Assembly (NCBI GenBank): GCA_043228905.1
Contig: JBHGNT010000006.1
Span: forward strand, 15,128,001 to 15,192,000
DNA: 64,000 bases
DNA from: Azolla caroliniana
Taxonomy: Eukaryota; Plantae; Polypodiophyta
Reading direction: 5' to 3'
Of the stretch, positions 1 to 10,800 are shown in pieces (the stretch's first letter is position 1; every line of letters starts with the position of its first letter). A program made the translations under genes and the position numbers. The notes beneath the pieces are model-generated. The model ran no database searches and was not told the DNA's origin. It saw only the letters and a program-made list of their open reading frames with translations.

Positions 1-1941
1 ATTGCGGAGCCATTATATGGTCTACTAAAGAAGAAGCGGATGTTCGAATGGACGAGCGAGCATACAATCGCCATCCGAAGGTTGAAGAAAATTTTGATGG
101 AGGCACCTGCATTACGGAAAGCGGACTATTCATACGGCAAGCCCATTTTCGTGACTGTGGATACTAGTCCAATCGGAATTGGATGGGTTATCAATCAAGA
201 AGATGAAGATTGCAACCGATATGCAATTCGGTTTGGCGCGAAAGTGTTAAGTGACAGGCAAAGAAGGTATGCCCAAGTGAAGAGGGAGCTATGGGGGATC
301 GTCTCGGCAATCAAATCTGATCGTGATTACCTTATTGGAGCAGAAGTCATAATTGAGACAGATTGCCTACCAATTTTGGGTATGATATCTGGTTGCAATA
401 CACCGGATATTGCCATGTTGCGTTGGATTGCATATATCAAATCACTCAACCCGGAGATCCGTCATGTAGCTGGGAAGCGTAATGTCGTTGCAGACATGCT
501 ATCACGAGCGAGATACGATGGAGAAGAAGATCGACATTCTGATGAAGATGATGTTGGCCTGGATTTCTTTGCAAGTTCCTATGCTCGGGTGTTGATTACT
601 TTCATAGAAGAGGACTACGAAGGCGAATTCGTGGAGATCGGGAAATACTTGAGTTCTCTCCAAAAAGATGAATCATGGTCGACGGAAGACTTCCATCGAA
701 TTCGGAAGAAAGCATACAAGTATTTCCTTAAGGATGGAGCTCTTTGGAAGCATGCAAAAAAGAAGAATGGGACTCCGATGAGAGTTGTCTGCAAGCTAGA
801 AGACCAACAAAAACTAATGTCCGAATTCCATGATAGTGTTTTTGCAGGCCATCGAGGAATATGGGCTACGTTTGCGAAGCTTAAGGAGAAATATTGGTGG
901 CCGGGCATCTACAAAGATGTAGCAGCTTATGTGGAAACATGTAAGGAATGTCAAATGTTTTCGAATATTCGCCATCGAGATGGACTTCATCCGACTTACC
1001 CGTTGGCTATGCATTACAAGTGGATGGTGGACATAGTGATGATGCCAATGGGACGATGGCAGATGAAGTATCTTGTGCTCGCGAGAGAGGATCTTACTAA
1101 TCAAGTTGAAGGGCGAGCATTAAGAACTAAGGAGACATCATCGGTATGCCGATTCCTTCTTGAAGATGTTATTTGCAGATATGGATGCGTCGGCAAGATA
1201 GTGGCTGATAGAGGCGAGTTGGACGCCAATGAAGCTAGAGAATTCTTCTCGAGGATGGGAATCAAATTATCTCTTACCATGGCGTATAATCCGGAAGCAA
1301 ATGGGAAGGTGGAGCGTGGACATGGACCGATTGTGAAGGCTCTAGTGAAAGCTTGCCATGGGAAAATAGGAGAATGGCCACGTCTATTGCCATTTGCATT
1401 ATGGGCTGACAGGACTACTCATAGCACGGTGACGGGATACATGCCGGCAGAGCTCATATTCGGACAAAAGCCAATAATGCCGGTAGAACAAAGTATTATT
1501 TCATGGTTTGCATTGCCATGGCAAGACGAGATAAGTAGAGAAGATCTTCTAGCATTGAGGATTCGACAATTAGAGCGGAATTTGGAAGATGTAGAGGTGG
1601 CTAAAGCGCGGCTAAAGAATGCAAGGCTAAAGAACAAGAAAGACTTCGATAAACGACATCGACTTCGGCCGAGGAAAATCGTTGAAGGAGATTGGGTGCT
1701 AGTCTATGACAGTAGCCTAGATAACCAACATAGTACGGCTCGAAAATTCTCACAACGATGGTTTGGGCCATATGTGGTGAAGAAAGTGGAAGATAATGCA
1801 ACATATCATTTAGTAGAACTAGATGGTACACCACTTGCCTTGCCAATTGCCGGTAAAAGAATCAAGATCTTCAAGAGAAGAGAAAGAATAGAAATTGGAT
1901 TCGAAGCTTTTGACGATTCAGTCTTAAGCATCGATGAATAA
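1..1941 (+). CDS. Ty3/Gypsy pol, 3' part (RT connection, RNase H, integrase); 5' end outside window; non-chromovirus, possibly Phygy-like
   Basis: Frame open from base 1. RNase H motifs VDTS..GIG, ELWG, ETDCLP, NVVADMLSR; integrase HHCC (FHDSVFAGHRG...CKEC); DDE core (WMVDIV, VADRGE, YNPEANGKVER); GPY module (WFGPY); no chromodomain. Confidence 0.93.
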   Translation: MAEPLYGLLKKKRMFEWTSEHTIAIRRLKKILMEAPALRKADYSYGKPIFVTVDTSPIGIGWVINQEDEDCNRYAIRFGAKVLSDRQRRYAQVKRELWGIVSAIKSDRDYLIGAEVIIETDCLPILGMISGCNTPDIAMLRWIAYIKSLNPEIRHVAGKRNVVADMLSRARYDGEEDRHSDEDDVGLDFFASSYARVLITFIEEDYEGEFVEIGKYLSSLQKDESWSTEDFHRIRKKAYKYFLKDGALWKHAKKKNGTPMRVVCKLEDQQKLMSEFHDSVFAGHRGIWATFAKLKEKYWWPGIYKDVAAYVETCKECQMFSNIRHRDGLHPTYPLAMHYKWMVDIVMMPMGRWQMKYLVLAREDLTNQVEGRALRTKETSSVCRFLLEDVICRYGCVGKIVADRGELDANEAREFFSRMGIKLSLTMAYNPEANGKVERGHGPIVKALVKACHGKIGEWPRLLPFALWADRTTHSTVTGYMPAELIFGQKPIMPVEQSIISWFALPWQDEISREDLLALRIRQLERNLEDVEVAKARLKNARLKNKKDFDKRHRLRPRKIVEGDWVLVYDSSLDNQHSTARKFSQRWFGPYVVKKVEDNATYHLVELDGTPLALPIAGKRIKIFKRRERIEIGFEAFDDSVLSIDE

Positions 1942-2000
1942 GTATAGTAAACAAAAATGAATCCTCACCAAAATTGGCACATACCGGTGGATGTGCAGGT

Positions 2001-2014
2001 TTGGTGGGGGCGAA
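2001..2014 (+). other. Polypurine tract of the 1-1941 element; its 3' LTR probably starts at 2015 (TGTCGTG)
   Basis: TTGGTGGGGGCGAA followed by TGTC, about 60 bp after the pol stop. LTR end not resolved. Confidence 0.6.
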
Positions 2015-2324
2015 TGTCGTGTGAATCTTCACACACTATGTAAAAAAATAATGAAATAATTATTATAGATTAGATTGGTAGCTTACTATAGAAAGATGGA
2101 TATACTCAAGAGCTTCAAAATGTATTTTACTATATACAAAATGGAGAAATACATATCAAGTTATGGGAAAATGAAGTTTGATTAGATAGAGATATTAGAA
2201 CTATCCCACATAGATAGGAAAGTTAAGGCCCTGGCTATATAAACACCTTGAGCTCCCTCATTTTTCATTTGTGCTGAGAGAACTTTGGCCACTTTGTCTT
2301 GATGGATGATGGTGGCCAAAATCC

Positions 2325-2695
2325 CTAAAACCGGAAACGGGTCCGGTAAGTAAATCCGGAAACGGGCCGGTAAGCAAAACCGGAATCGGAACGGGTATGC
2401 AAAACCGGAAACCGGCCGGTAAGCAAAACCGGAACCGGAATTGGCAAGCAAACCGGAACCGGAACCGGCAAGCAAAACCGGAACCGGAACCGGCAAGCAA
2501 ACCCGGAATCGGAACCGGCAAGCAAACCGGAATCGGAACCGGTCGGCAAGCAAACCGGAACCGGCCGGCAAGCAAAACCGGAAACCGGCCGGCAAGCAAA
2601 ACCGAAACCGAAACCGGCAAGCAAACCGGAATCGGTCTGCAAGCAAAATCCGAACCGGAACCGACCGGCAAGCAAAATGGAACCGGCTACCGGAC
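2325..2695. repeat. Degenerate tandem array built from (C)CGGCAAGCAAA(A) and CCGGAA modules, unit about 22-30 bp
   Basis: About 13 copies of AAGCAAA(A)CCGGAA-like units visible; they generate the spurious repetitive ORFs at 2182-2784. Confidence 0.9.
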
Positions 2696-3417
2696 GATGT
2701 TGGACGCGGACGGACGAAAGATTGGATCATGCAACAAACTAAAGTAAAGTGAAGAGAACTAAAGTAAAGGCCATGTGGACGCAAGCAACTAAAGAAGGGA
2801 GTGCATGGAAAAAGTAAAGGTCATGTGGACAATCACATGCAACCAAAAGAAAAAGCTAGGCAACTAAAAATAGAGGCCATGCAACAAAAAGTGAAAAGGC
2901 TATGATCAAGAGAGAACTCCATTTTATTCCAAATTTTTTTTTCCTACACTAGAATGGACTCTCCATATTATCTTAATTTTTCTTCTCAACTCCCTTATCT
3001 TAGGAAGCGATAATACTCATAGAACCGAATCCTAATCTTCCCTACGGAAGCCATATCTACCAAAACCCCTAATTTTTCTTTTCTATTAATCTTAGTAAAC
3101 CTAAAACTTCTAAATCCCAATCTTGGGACATATTGTAATTTCTTTTCCCTTTATTAATGAAATTTGTGAATCTTTATCATTTTGCATTAATTGTTTAATA
3201 TAATCATACGAATCCGATATCTTCTGGTCGGAGGCCCCGGGGTCCTGCCTCAAAGTTCGCGTATCCTCGTCGTATTTTCGCGACAGCGTGTCCTTCAATT
3301 GGACTCCTAGCCACTCCTCGGGCTTACCGTCTTGAATTGGGTATTGTGGATCGTTCGTGTCGATCTCCGATTAGGCCGGGTTTGCCCTTGTCTGGATCGG
3401 TCTCCACCGATCGCTTC

Positions 3418-5187
3418 TTAGCTCGGTTGGCCTTCGTCTGCATTCGTATTTCGCCGAGTCAAGCTCGACCGATTGATTCTTGCCGGGTCGGCCCCCTTTT
3501 GGATCGGGATTGTCTGATTGATTTCGTCCAAATCAGGTTTCGGTCGGGTCGGCCCCGGTCGATCGGCTCCCATGTGGATCTTCCTTCCTTCGGGCCGGAA
3601 TCCTAGCCGGATCGTCTTCCGGTTCGACCGGTTCTCGACTCTTCCTTCCTTCCCGCATGACGCCTCTCCATCGAACTCAACCGCGGCTTCATCCTTGGCC
3701 TCCTCGTCGGCCACATCCTTCCCTCCGTGTAGGCTCGCCTCGAGCCATATTTTCTCCTCTCCGCCACCTCCTTTATCTTCGGTCTTATGTCGACACACGG
3801 TCTCGACTACCGAAGTCTCTGGAACCAGTGTGAAGGAATCCCTTCGTTCATGCACATTTACCTTGTCTTCCTCATCGCCCTTCTGGTCGTCCGCTTTTCC
3901 GTCCACACATTCCGTCTCTCCGGTCTCACGTTGGCACACGTGCACAACCGCCGAAGTCTCTAGAATAGGTGTGGGGATATCCTTTCTTCCTCAATCTTCT
4001 TCCTCCTTGTGTTGGGCCTTCGTCTTCCCGTCACCACCTTCCATCTCTCCGGTCTCACGTTGGCACATGGGCGCAACCGCCAAAGTCTCTGGAACAATCG
4101 TGGAGAAAGTCTTGACATGGCTATCCGTTGTCAACTCGTCCATAGCCACCTCTGACTCGATGTTGTTTGTCATGGCTACCTCCTCAATCTCTTCAGACTC
4201 AAACACTTTATCTCCCTCGATCATGCAAGCTTTTCTCATGCTGGCGCCGTCATCACCCGATGTTTCGTACACAATGCGTGTTCCGAAACGTTTATCCTCC
4301 CTCGAAGTGGCGTTCGCCGTCCTCGAGTCATTGGCCTCCTCCTTGGTCGTCGTTTCTTCGTAAGACAAGAAGGTGACTTGTTTCACACCTTCTCTCTTGG
4401 TACCGTCATACCGAACTTGAGCCTTTGTATCGGCCACTTCATTAACCCGCATTTGTTGGGAGGTCTCTTCTTCCTCGATCACCATTTGCCTCAGTTTTGT
4501 CTCCCTTTTAAGCTTTATTTCTTTTGTTGGTGGCGCGTTGCTGCATCTCGCCCCTCTTCGATTGGTTGATATTCTCACTCGCCCCTTATCGTGTAGTCGG
4601 CATACACTTTCCACTTTGCTCCAATCCTCGATGAGGCCATTTGCACTGTCATCTTCTTCGAGTTTGAGGCCGATGGCCATCCTTTCCATTCGATCGATTG
4701 ACTTCACGAACATAAGGACCTTATCGACCCCCATCAATCTTTGTTCCCACTCTGAGAGTTGAGAATAATGATGATCGAAGTCTACGAATGCTTGTGTCGC
4801 GCCTTGGTGGGTCTTTGCCAATGTCACCCATTGGTCGAAGTTGTGTAGATCTCGTCCCTTCAGTCTCTCATAGCCATATTCCTCCAATAGAGCCTTCTCG
4901 AAAGTCTCCCATGAATCATGAGCTTCTAGAATCTCTTTTACATCTTTGAAGATCAGTTGAGACACCACCCGACAAAAGTACTCCATCCTCATAGTTTCGT
5001 CCACACCATTTGAATCCATCTCCGCATTGTAGACTTTTAGAAAACTTTGGACTTTGGCACCGTTGAAATAGCTCACTCGCTCGACTACCTTGTCGACAGC
5101 TTGTTGGGTTTCATTTCTTCTTTTCCCTTCTCTCAAAAACTCCATCATCCTTTTTGACATTGCCTCCTTGAGATATTTGCCATCCAT
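3418..5187 (-). pseudogene. Gag-like ORF of a tRNA-Trp-primed Gypsy derivative, followed by acidic repeats and no pol
   Basis: ORF 3991-5187 starts about 20 nt after the PBS. Gag-like N-terminus (YFNGAKVQSFLKVYNAEM...SWETFEKALLEEYG). Continues by frameshift into 3418-3945. Confidence 0.7.
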
Positions 5188-5208
5188 CTTCGTCCTCCCC
5201 TGTTGCTC

Positions 5209-5226
5209 TTCACGTTGGGTTCACCA
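5209..5226 (-). other. Primer-binding site for tRNA-Trp
   Basis: Minus strand TGGTGAACCCAACGTGAA, 17/18 complementary to the plant tRNA-Trp 3' end (TTCACGTCGGGTTCACCA), 5 nt after the LTR end ...CTTCGTGACA. Confidence 0.85.
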
Positions 5227-5231
5227 AATGA

Positions 5232-5680
5232 TGTCACGAAGATTCGCGCGTGCGTGTGCTACTCGAGCGACCACCGTGGTCTTGGACTGGGGAGGATGTT
5301 TGCAGAATTATCGAAGAGATGACGATCAATGTAAGATTAGATGAAATTGGTTTACTTGAAAAGAAGAAAGATTGTACACTTGAGAAGTAGAAAAATATGA
5401 AGAAGATAAAGAAAAATACAATTATATTGATGATAAGGGTGTTGGTGATATCACATATTGAGCCCCCCTTACACAAGTTCAAGTAGAGGCTTTTATAGGT
5501 CTTTCCATGCTTGTGACATGCACAAAACCATGGGCTAAAACCATGGTTTTGTGCACATGGTTTTGCTTATGTCATGCACAAACCATGGGTTTAGAACCAT
5601 GGTTTTGTGCACATGGTTTTCTATGGTTGTTTCATCTATAATTCGTATATAAAAAGGAAATACATAAAATCTACACTATA
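5232..5680 (-). mobile_element. 5' LTR of the Trp-primed element (upstream boundary uncertain)
   Basis: Ends in TGACA next to the PBS; minus-strand TATA (CCTATAAAAG) near 5490-5499; internal CCATGGTTTTGTGCACATGG repeats. Confidence 0.65.
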
Positions 5681-5681
5681 T

Positions 5682-5752
5682 GATAGTTGTCCTAATAGTA
5701 AGGCAATCATCTTGTATCTTAGAGGTGCAAGGTTCAAACCTTGCTTGCACCC
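5682..5752 (+). promoter_or_regulatory. Degenerate tRNA-like Pol III A-box/B-box module (SINE-like head or LTR U3 component)
   Basis: TGTCCTAATAGTAAGG at 5688 and GGTTCAAACC at 5731, 43 nt apart; B box lies in the hairpin GCAAGG-TTCAAA-CCTTGC. Confidence 0.5.
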
Positions 5753-5768
5753 CTCTGTATAAACTCAA

Positions 5769-7894
5769 GTGCCACTAGCCTTAGGTTTATTTGCTAAGTG
5801 CATGTGCAATGTTGCACATCCTTGGTTTATTCGTCTCACTCGGTTTCACACCGTAGCCGAAAATCGTCACGACAACGCCATCCATCCTTTGTCCAGCACC
5901 GTTTTCAATTGCGCTGTGAACCTCTCCCGATTTGTTTGGAGAAGGATCCGCACGTTATTTGTGATGGCCTGGCAATGGTTGCGTGCGTCTTCCATTGACT
6001 TCTGGAGATTTGCGATTTCCTGTTGTTTAACTGTTGCCGCTTCCTCATACGTGGCCTTCAGGACCGCCCACAGCTCGAATTCCTTTGCATGTTGTTCCTC
6101 TAATTTCCCCATTTCATTGTTTAGGCGGATTTCGAGCTGATGCCTTCTGTCTTGTTCGACCACCAACTGCTCATCGAACCACACCTTTTTTTCTAATAAG
6201 GCTCGAAGTCCTACTTTTGCCGCCTCCGATTTCTTCGCGTCCTCTCGTAATTGTGCGTTGTCGTCTTTTGTCCGGATGTGCTGAGCTACCTCCGTAGCGA
6301 GTTTCTCTTCAAGGTTTTTTACTGCCTTCCATCCGTTAGCCCGTATCTCCTTTTCTCTGTCTGAGGATTGGCGTAGTTCTGCTTGAAGGCGGTCAATTTC
6401 TGATTCCGCTAGTTGCACGGCCCTTTTTGCTTTTGAGGCGATGGCGGTCTGAGCCTCGATTTCTTCTTTTAGAGCGTCGATGACGTGGTTCAGTGGCGGG
6501 GTTGCGTGTTGTGCCGTAGTCACGTGAGCTTCCAACTCCGCGATGCGTGCGTTGGCTTTTTGCAATTCGGCTTGGGTCAGTTTAACCTTCTTCCAGACAT
6601 TCTTATTTTTTATGGCCATCTCCTTGGCACCCGTGCTGACCTTTGCCAGTTCCCAATGGACTTCGACTAGGGCCGTGTTTAAGGGCGGTATCTCCATCCC
6701 CACTCGGCATAGCCCGACGTTCCTCTATCTGCCGACCCTGGCTAGTTGGTCCTCATCGTCGCTCTCCGTTGTTTGTGTTAGGGCGTGCTCGATCATCTGG
6801 CATTCCGCATGCTCTTCGGCCATTCGTTGGGCGGCGTTGACCTGTTGCATTGCTAGGAACTCCATGAGCTCAAAAGAAGTACCGAACTGCAAGAGGGCGC
6901 TAAACTCGTGGGCCGTATCCGAGATATCCGGATATGCCAAAACCTCTCTTTCTGCCGTCAATACGGCTTTCCCTCGTTGGGACTGGCTCGTAATAATCGG
7001 TCGTGGCTCCCAGATGATTTCTAAGGTGGTATTGGGTTCCGCTGTTGCGGAGCCTTCGCCTTCGGTTGGTGTCTCCGTTGCCATGGGGGCGTTTTTTACC
7101 AACCCCCGCCCATCTTTCCTGTCGAATCTGCCCTGTTTTGGTTTGGGGCTTTCCCACCGTGTTTCGGTGTCTGGTTCTGGGGTTGCTTCCATGGAACGTC
7201 TCAGCTGTACCTCCTACGTTGTCCGTGTGTCTGGCTAGTCGGTAGGAGGTGTTGTCCTTGGGTCTGGCTGGGCCGGTTGGGGTTCCTCTTCCCACTCTGG
7301 GGCCGATAACTCCGCTAACCTGCGTTTCGCGGATCGGGGCGGGGCCGTGGGTTGGCTGGGCTGTGGTGCCGGCATGCCTCAGGGTGGAAATAGTACCGTA
7401 AGGTACTGTTGTATGATTGGCCTGAGCTTTTTGCCTGCTTGGTACGCATGCAAGCCTTCCCTTAACGTTGGCCCTGTGATGACCCCCCAATCGACGACAC
7501 GCCCTTCAAAGGTATCGATAATGATGCCCGCCTTATGCTTAGGCATCCCATATGCGTTGACATGTACACAGTCGACTTCTAGCAGGAACTTGGCAACTTC
7601 ACGGAAGAAGGGATCCGGAATCTGTTTTGTTCTATAGGCCTTGGCAGAGGAGGAATATGGCCCAAAATACCACTGCAGCGCCTCTGCAGGAGGTATTTCG
7701 AAATGTCTTTCACCTAGTGAGGATAAGTCCAACTTCTTCTGGATGGAAGAGTTGGTGACCGTGTCGATGTGAAGCTTCCTGGTGATGTCCATGGCATCCG
7801 GGTGCCGAGGTGCTTCTGTGACCCGGATGTAACCATCCAGGCGTTTCTCCACGAGCCATAGGCGTAGGGCAGTAGAGATGAAGATCGGCATCGC
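5769..7894 (-). pseudogene. Extra 3' ORF of element A (conserved N-terminal domain, low-complexity linker, long coiled coil)
   Basis: Fragments 7379-8080, 6725-7192 and 5867-6703 lie downstream of integrase in the same sense; the N-terminus aligns by eye with the ORF at 23420-25192. Confidence 0.75.
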
Positions 7895-10800
7895 CAGAGT
7901 ATGTTTGTGGGGAGGAGACGGTTGGTTGTGGTGAGTTGGAGCTCTGAGATAGGATGGGGGAGAAGGTGAGGGAGAGGAGCGATGGGGGCGCTGATAGCTA
8001 GAAGATGGGTTTCTGCTTTGTGCAGAAAATCTTCTGTTTCCTTCTTTTTGTGGCTTAGGGTTCGTTGGGCGGTGAGCCATGGTGGTGCCGCGTGTTCTTG
8101 AACTAGGAGTTTGTGCATGCCCTTAGTCGTTTTAATAGTCGCTATCTTCTCCCTTCTTCTTTTTTTGTAACGGTTATTTACAACCTATTTTTACATTATA
8201 GTACAAGTGGGGTTGTCCACTTTACGCTGCGGGTTCTCTGGGTCTGTCCTGTTCGGCGGTGAATGGGTTAGGTGGTTTAGGGCCCAAGTAAGGTTTGAGC
8301 CGAAACCCATTCACCTTTTGCCATACTACTTCTCCAGCCAGCGTTCCTAGTTGGAACGTGCCTTGTTCCGCTCCAATTATCCAGTATGGGCCGGTCCAAC
8401 GGAAACGTAACTTCCCCGGCATATGGCCCATGCGTGTTTGAAAAACTAGCACTGCTCGACCCACAGCGAACTCCTTTTCCCTTGCGTTCCGATGTCGATC
8501 CACAAACGCTTTACGCCGTCGTTGTTCCTGTTCCAACACAGCCATGTTGTGGACGCGTTTTTCCCCTAGTTCGAGGAGCTGGTAGAGACGTACCTCCTCC
8601 AACTTGGCTTCTGATAATCGGTTCCGAACCTGAATGCACAAACTAGGTACCTGAAATTCGACCGGCATCACAGCCTCTAGTCCAAATGCTAGTCGGAACA
8701 GTGTTGATTGTATGCTTGTTTTGTAGCTAGTTCTATACGCCTATAACGCACTCTGTAGTTTGGTATCCCAGTCCGTTCTATTTTCATTGACAGTTTTCTT
8801 CAAAATGGTCTGTAATGTCTTGTTGGTGGATTTTGCTACGGTGTAATGATGTGTTAGTTCCCGAACCACCATATTGAGAAAGTGACTCCCCTGGTCACTG
8901 ATGAGCTCAATCAGACAACCGAACCGGCACCAAATGTGCTCGTAAAGGAATCTGGCTGTGACGGTCGCCGTATTTTTCACGTAGTGCCTTTGCTTCTACC
9001 CATTTGGTGCAGTAATCCGTGGCTACCAATATGTATTTATTACCCGTACGGGCCGCTACTAGTGTGAAGGGCCCTACAAAATCCAATCCCCTCTTTTGGA
9101 GGGGTCTAGCGGTAATACGGGCTGGTGTGGCATCCTTGCGTCCTCCGCGGGCTGACCCATCCGTTGACACAAATCACACTTTCTACAATACTCGGATGCG
9201 TCCTTCTGCATTGTTGGCCACCATAAGCCCGCCTGCCATACTTTCCGGGCTGTCACGTCGCCCGCGTAATGGCCTCCTGCCGTGCCACAGTGTGCCTCCC
9301 GTAAAACTGCTTTCTTCTCATCCTGACGGACCCCACATCGCCAAATGCCGTCACTTCCTTTGTGATATAAAACGCCTTCGACGAGGCAGAAGTGACGGCT
9401 TCAGATGGCTAGTCGTTTCTTCTCGTCCGTGCGTAACTGTGGTGGAGGCAGTCCTGTAGTTAAAAAGTACGTCATTTCCATAAGCCACCGGTCCGAAAAG
9501 GTCGATTCCGTTTTTTCTGCAAGTGTCGCTACTCGCAGGATGTTGGCGTCCGGAAAATCGTAGGATGTCAGCGTCCGGAAAATCGTCGTCGTCTTTCTGT
9601 ACTGTTTCTCCATTCTCTAGTATGCTCAGAAAATCTGCCATTGCGTGTTGCGTCCCTAGCCGGTGCTGAATTACGAAATCGAATTCCTGGAGCAGTAGTA
9701 TCCACCGCGCCAATTTCCCTATCAAAGCTTGTTTCTCCACCAAATACAGTAGTGCTGAATGATCCACGTGGAACGTGAATTTCCTTCCTAATAAATAGTG
9801 TCGGAATTTATTGATGCTATAGATCATCCCTAGTGCCTCCCGCTCTGTTGTGGAATAGTTATGCTCTGCTGCTGACAATTTACGACTCGCGTAGTATACT
9901 GGCCTGTACTAGTTTGGTTCGGTGAGCTGCATTAGTGCGCTTCCTATTGCTATGTCTGAGGCGTCGACCAACACGTGGAATGGCTTCGCCCAAACTGGTG
10001 GTTGTATGACGAGAGCCTGTGTGAGCATTATCTTAAGTGCCTCATAGGCCTTATCCTCCATTGCAGTCCATTGGAACAGAGTCCGATGTATGGCAACGTG
10101 TAGCGGCGTGGCGAAGTCCGCCAAATACCGTATCATCCGACTATGCCACCGTATTTGTCCTAAAAACCGGCTAAGCGATTTGGCGTTTGTCGGAGTTTTG
10201 GCTTGCGTAATCACGGAGATCTTGTTTGGGTCGACCTCTATTCCCTCCTTGCTGACTATGTGGCCTAGGAGAGCCCCGTTGATCACGCTAAAGGCACATT
10301 TCGCGGGATTCAAGCTTAAGTGTGCGGTGCGACATCGTTCTAGGCACAGTCGTAAGTGCGTAAAATGGTCTATTGTTTTCCCATATACCGCAAAGTCGTC
10401 TAGAAAAACTTGCATGAACACCGGGATGTATTCCCCAAAGATCTCCGTAATCGTTCGTTGAAATGTTTCCGGCATTGTCTTTAGCTCGAATATCATGACA
10501 ACTACCACATATACTCCCTAGTCCATGACAAACGCCATCTTCTCCTGGTCCTCGGGATGCATGCATACCTGGTTATAGCCACTGAAGCCATCTAAGAAAC
10601 TGTACATCTCATGGCCTGCGACGGCGTCCAGCACGCTATCGGTGAAGGGTAAGGGAAATGCGTCCGTAATGGTTACGGCGTTTAATTTTCGGTAATCTAT
10701 GCATACCCGTATTTTGCCGTTTTTCTTTGGGACGACCACTATCGGGCTTAGCCATGTCGCTTGTTTAACTGGTCGTATGAACTCCGCCTTCAGGAGCTTG

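Noticed and set aside
2182-2784. Repetitive ORFs (RFRFACR, PVPV, NRNR) on both strands
   Set aside because: Artefacts of a stop-free tandem array.
5867-6703. Coiled-coil ORFs (also 22550-23299) as host myosin/SMC-like genes
   Set aside because: Intronless, co-oriented with pol and positionally conserved in two elements, so they are retroelement extra ORFs.
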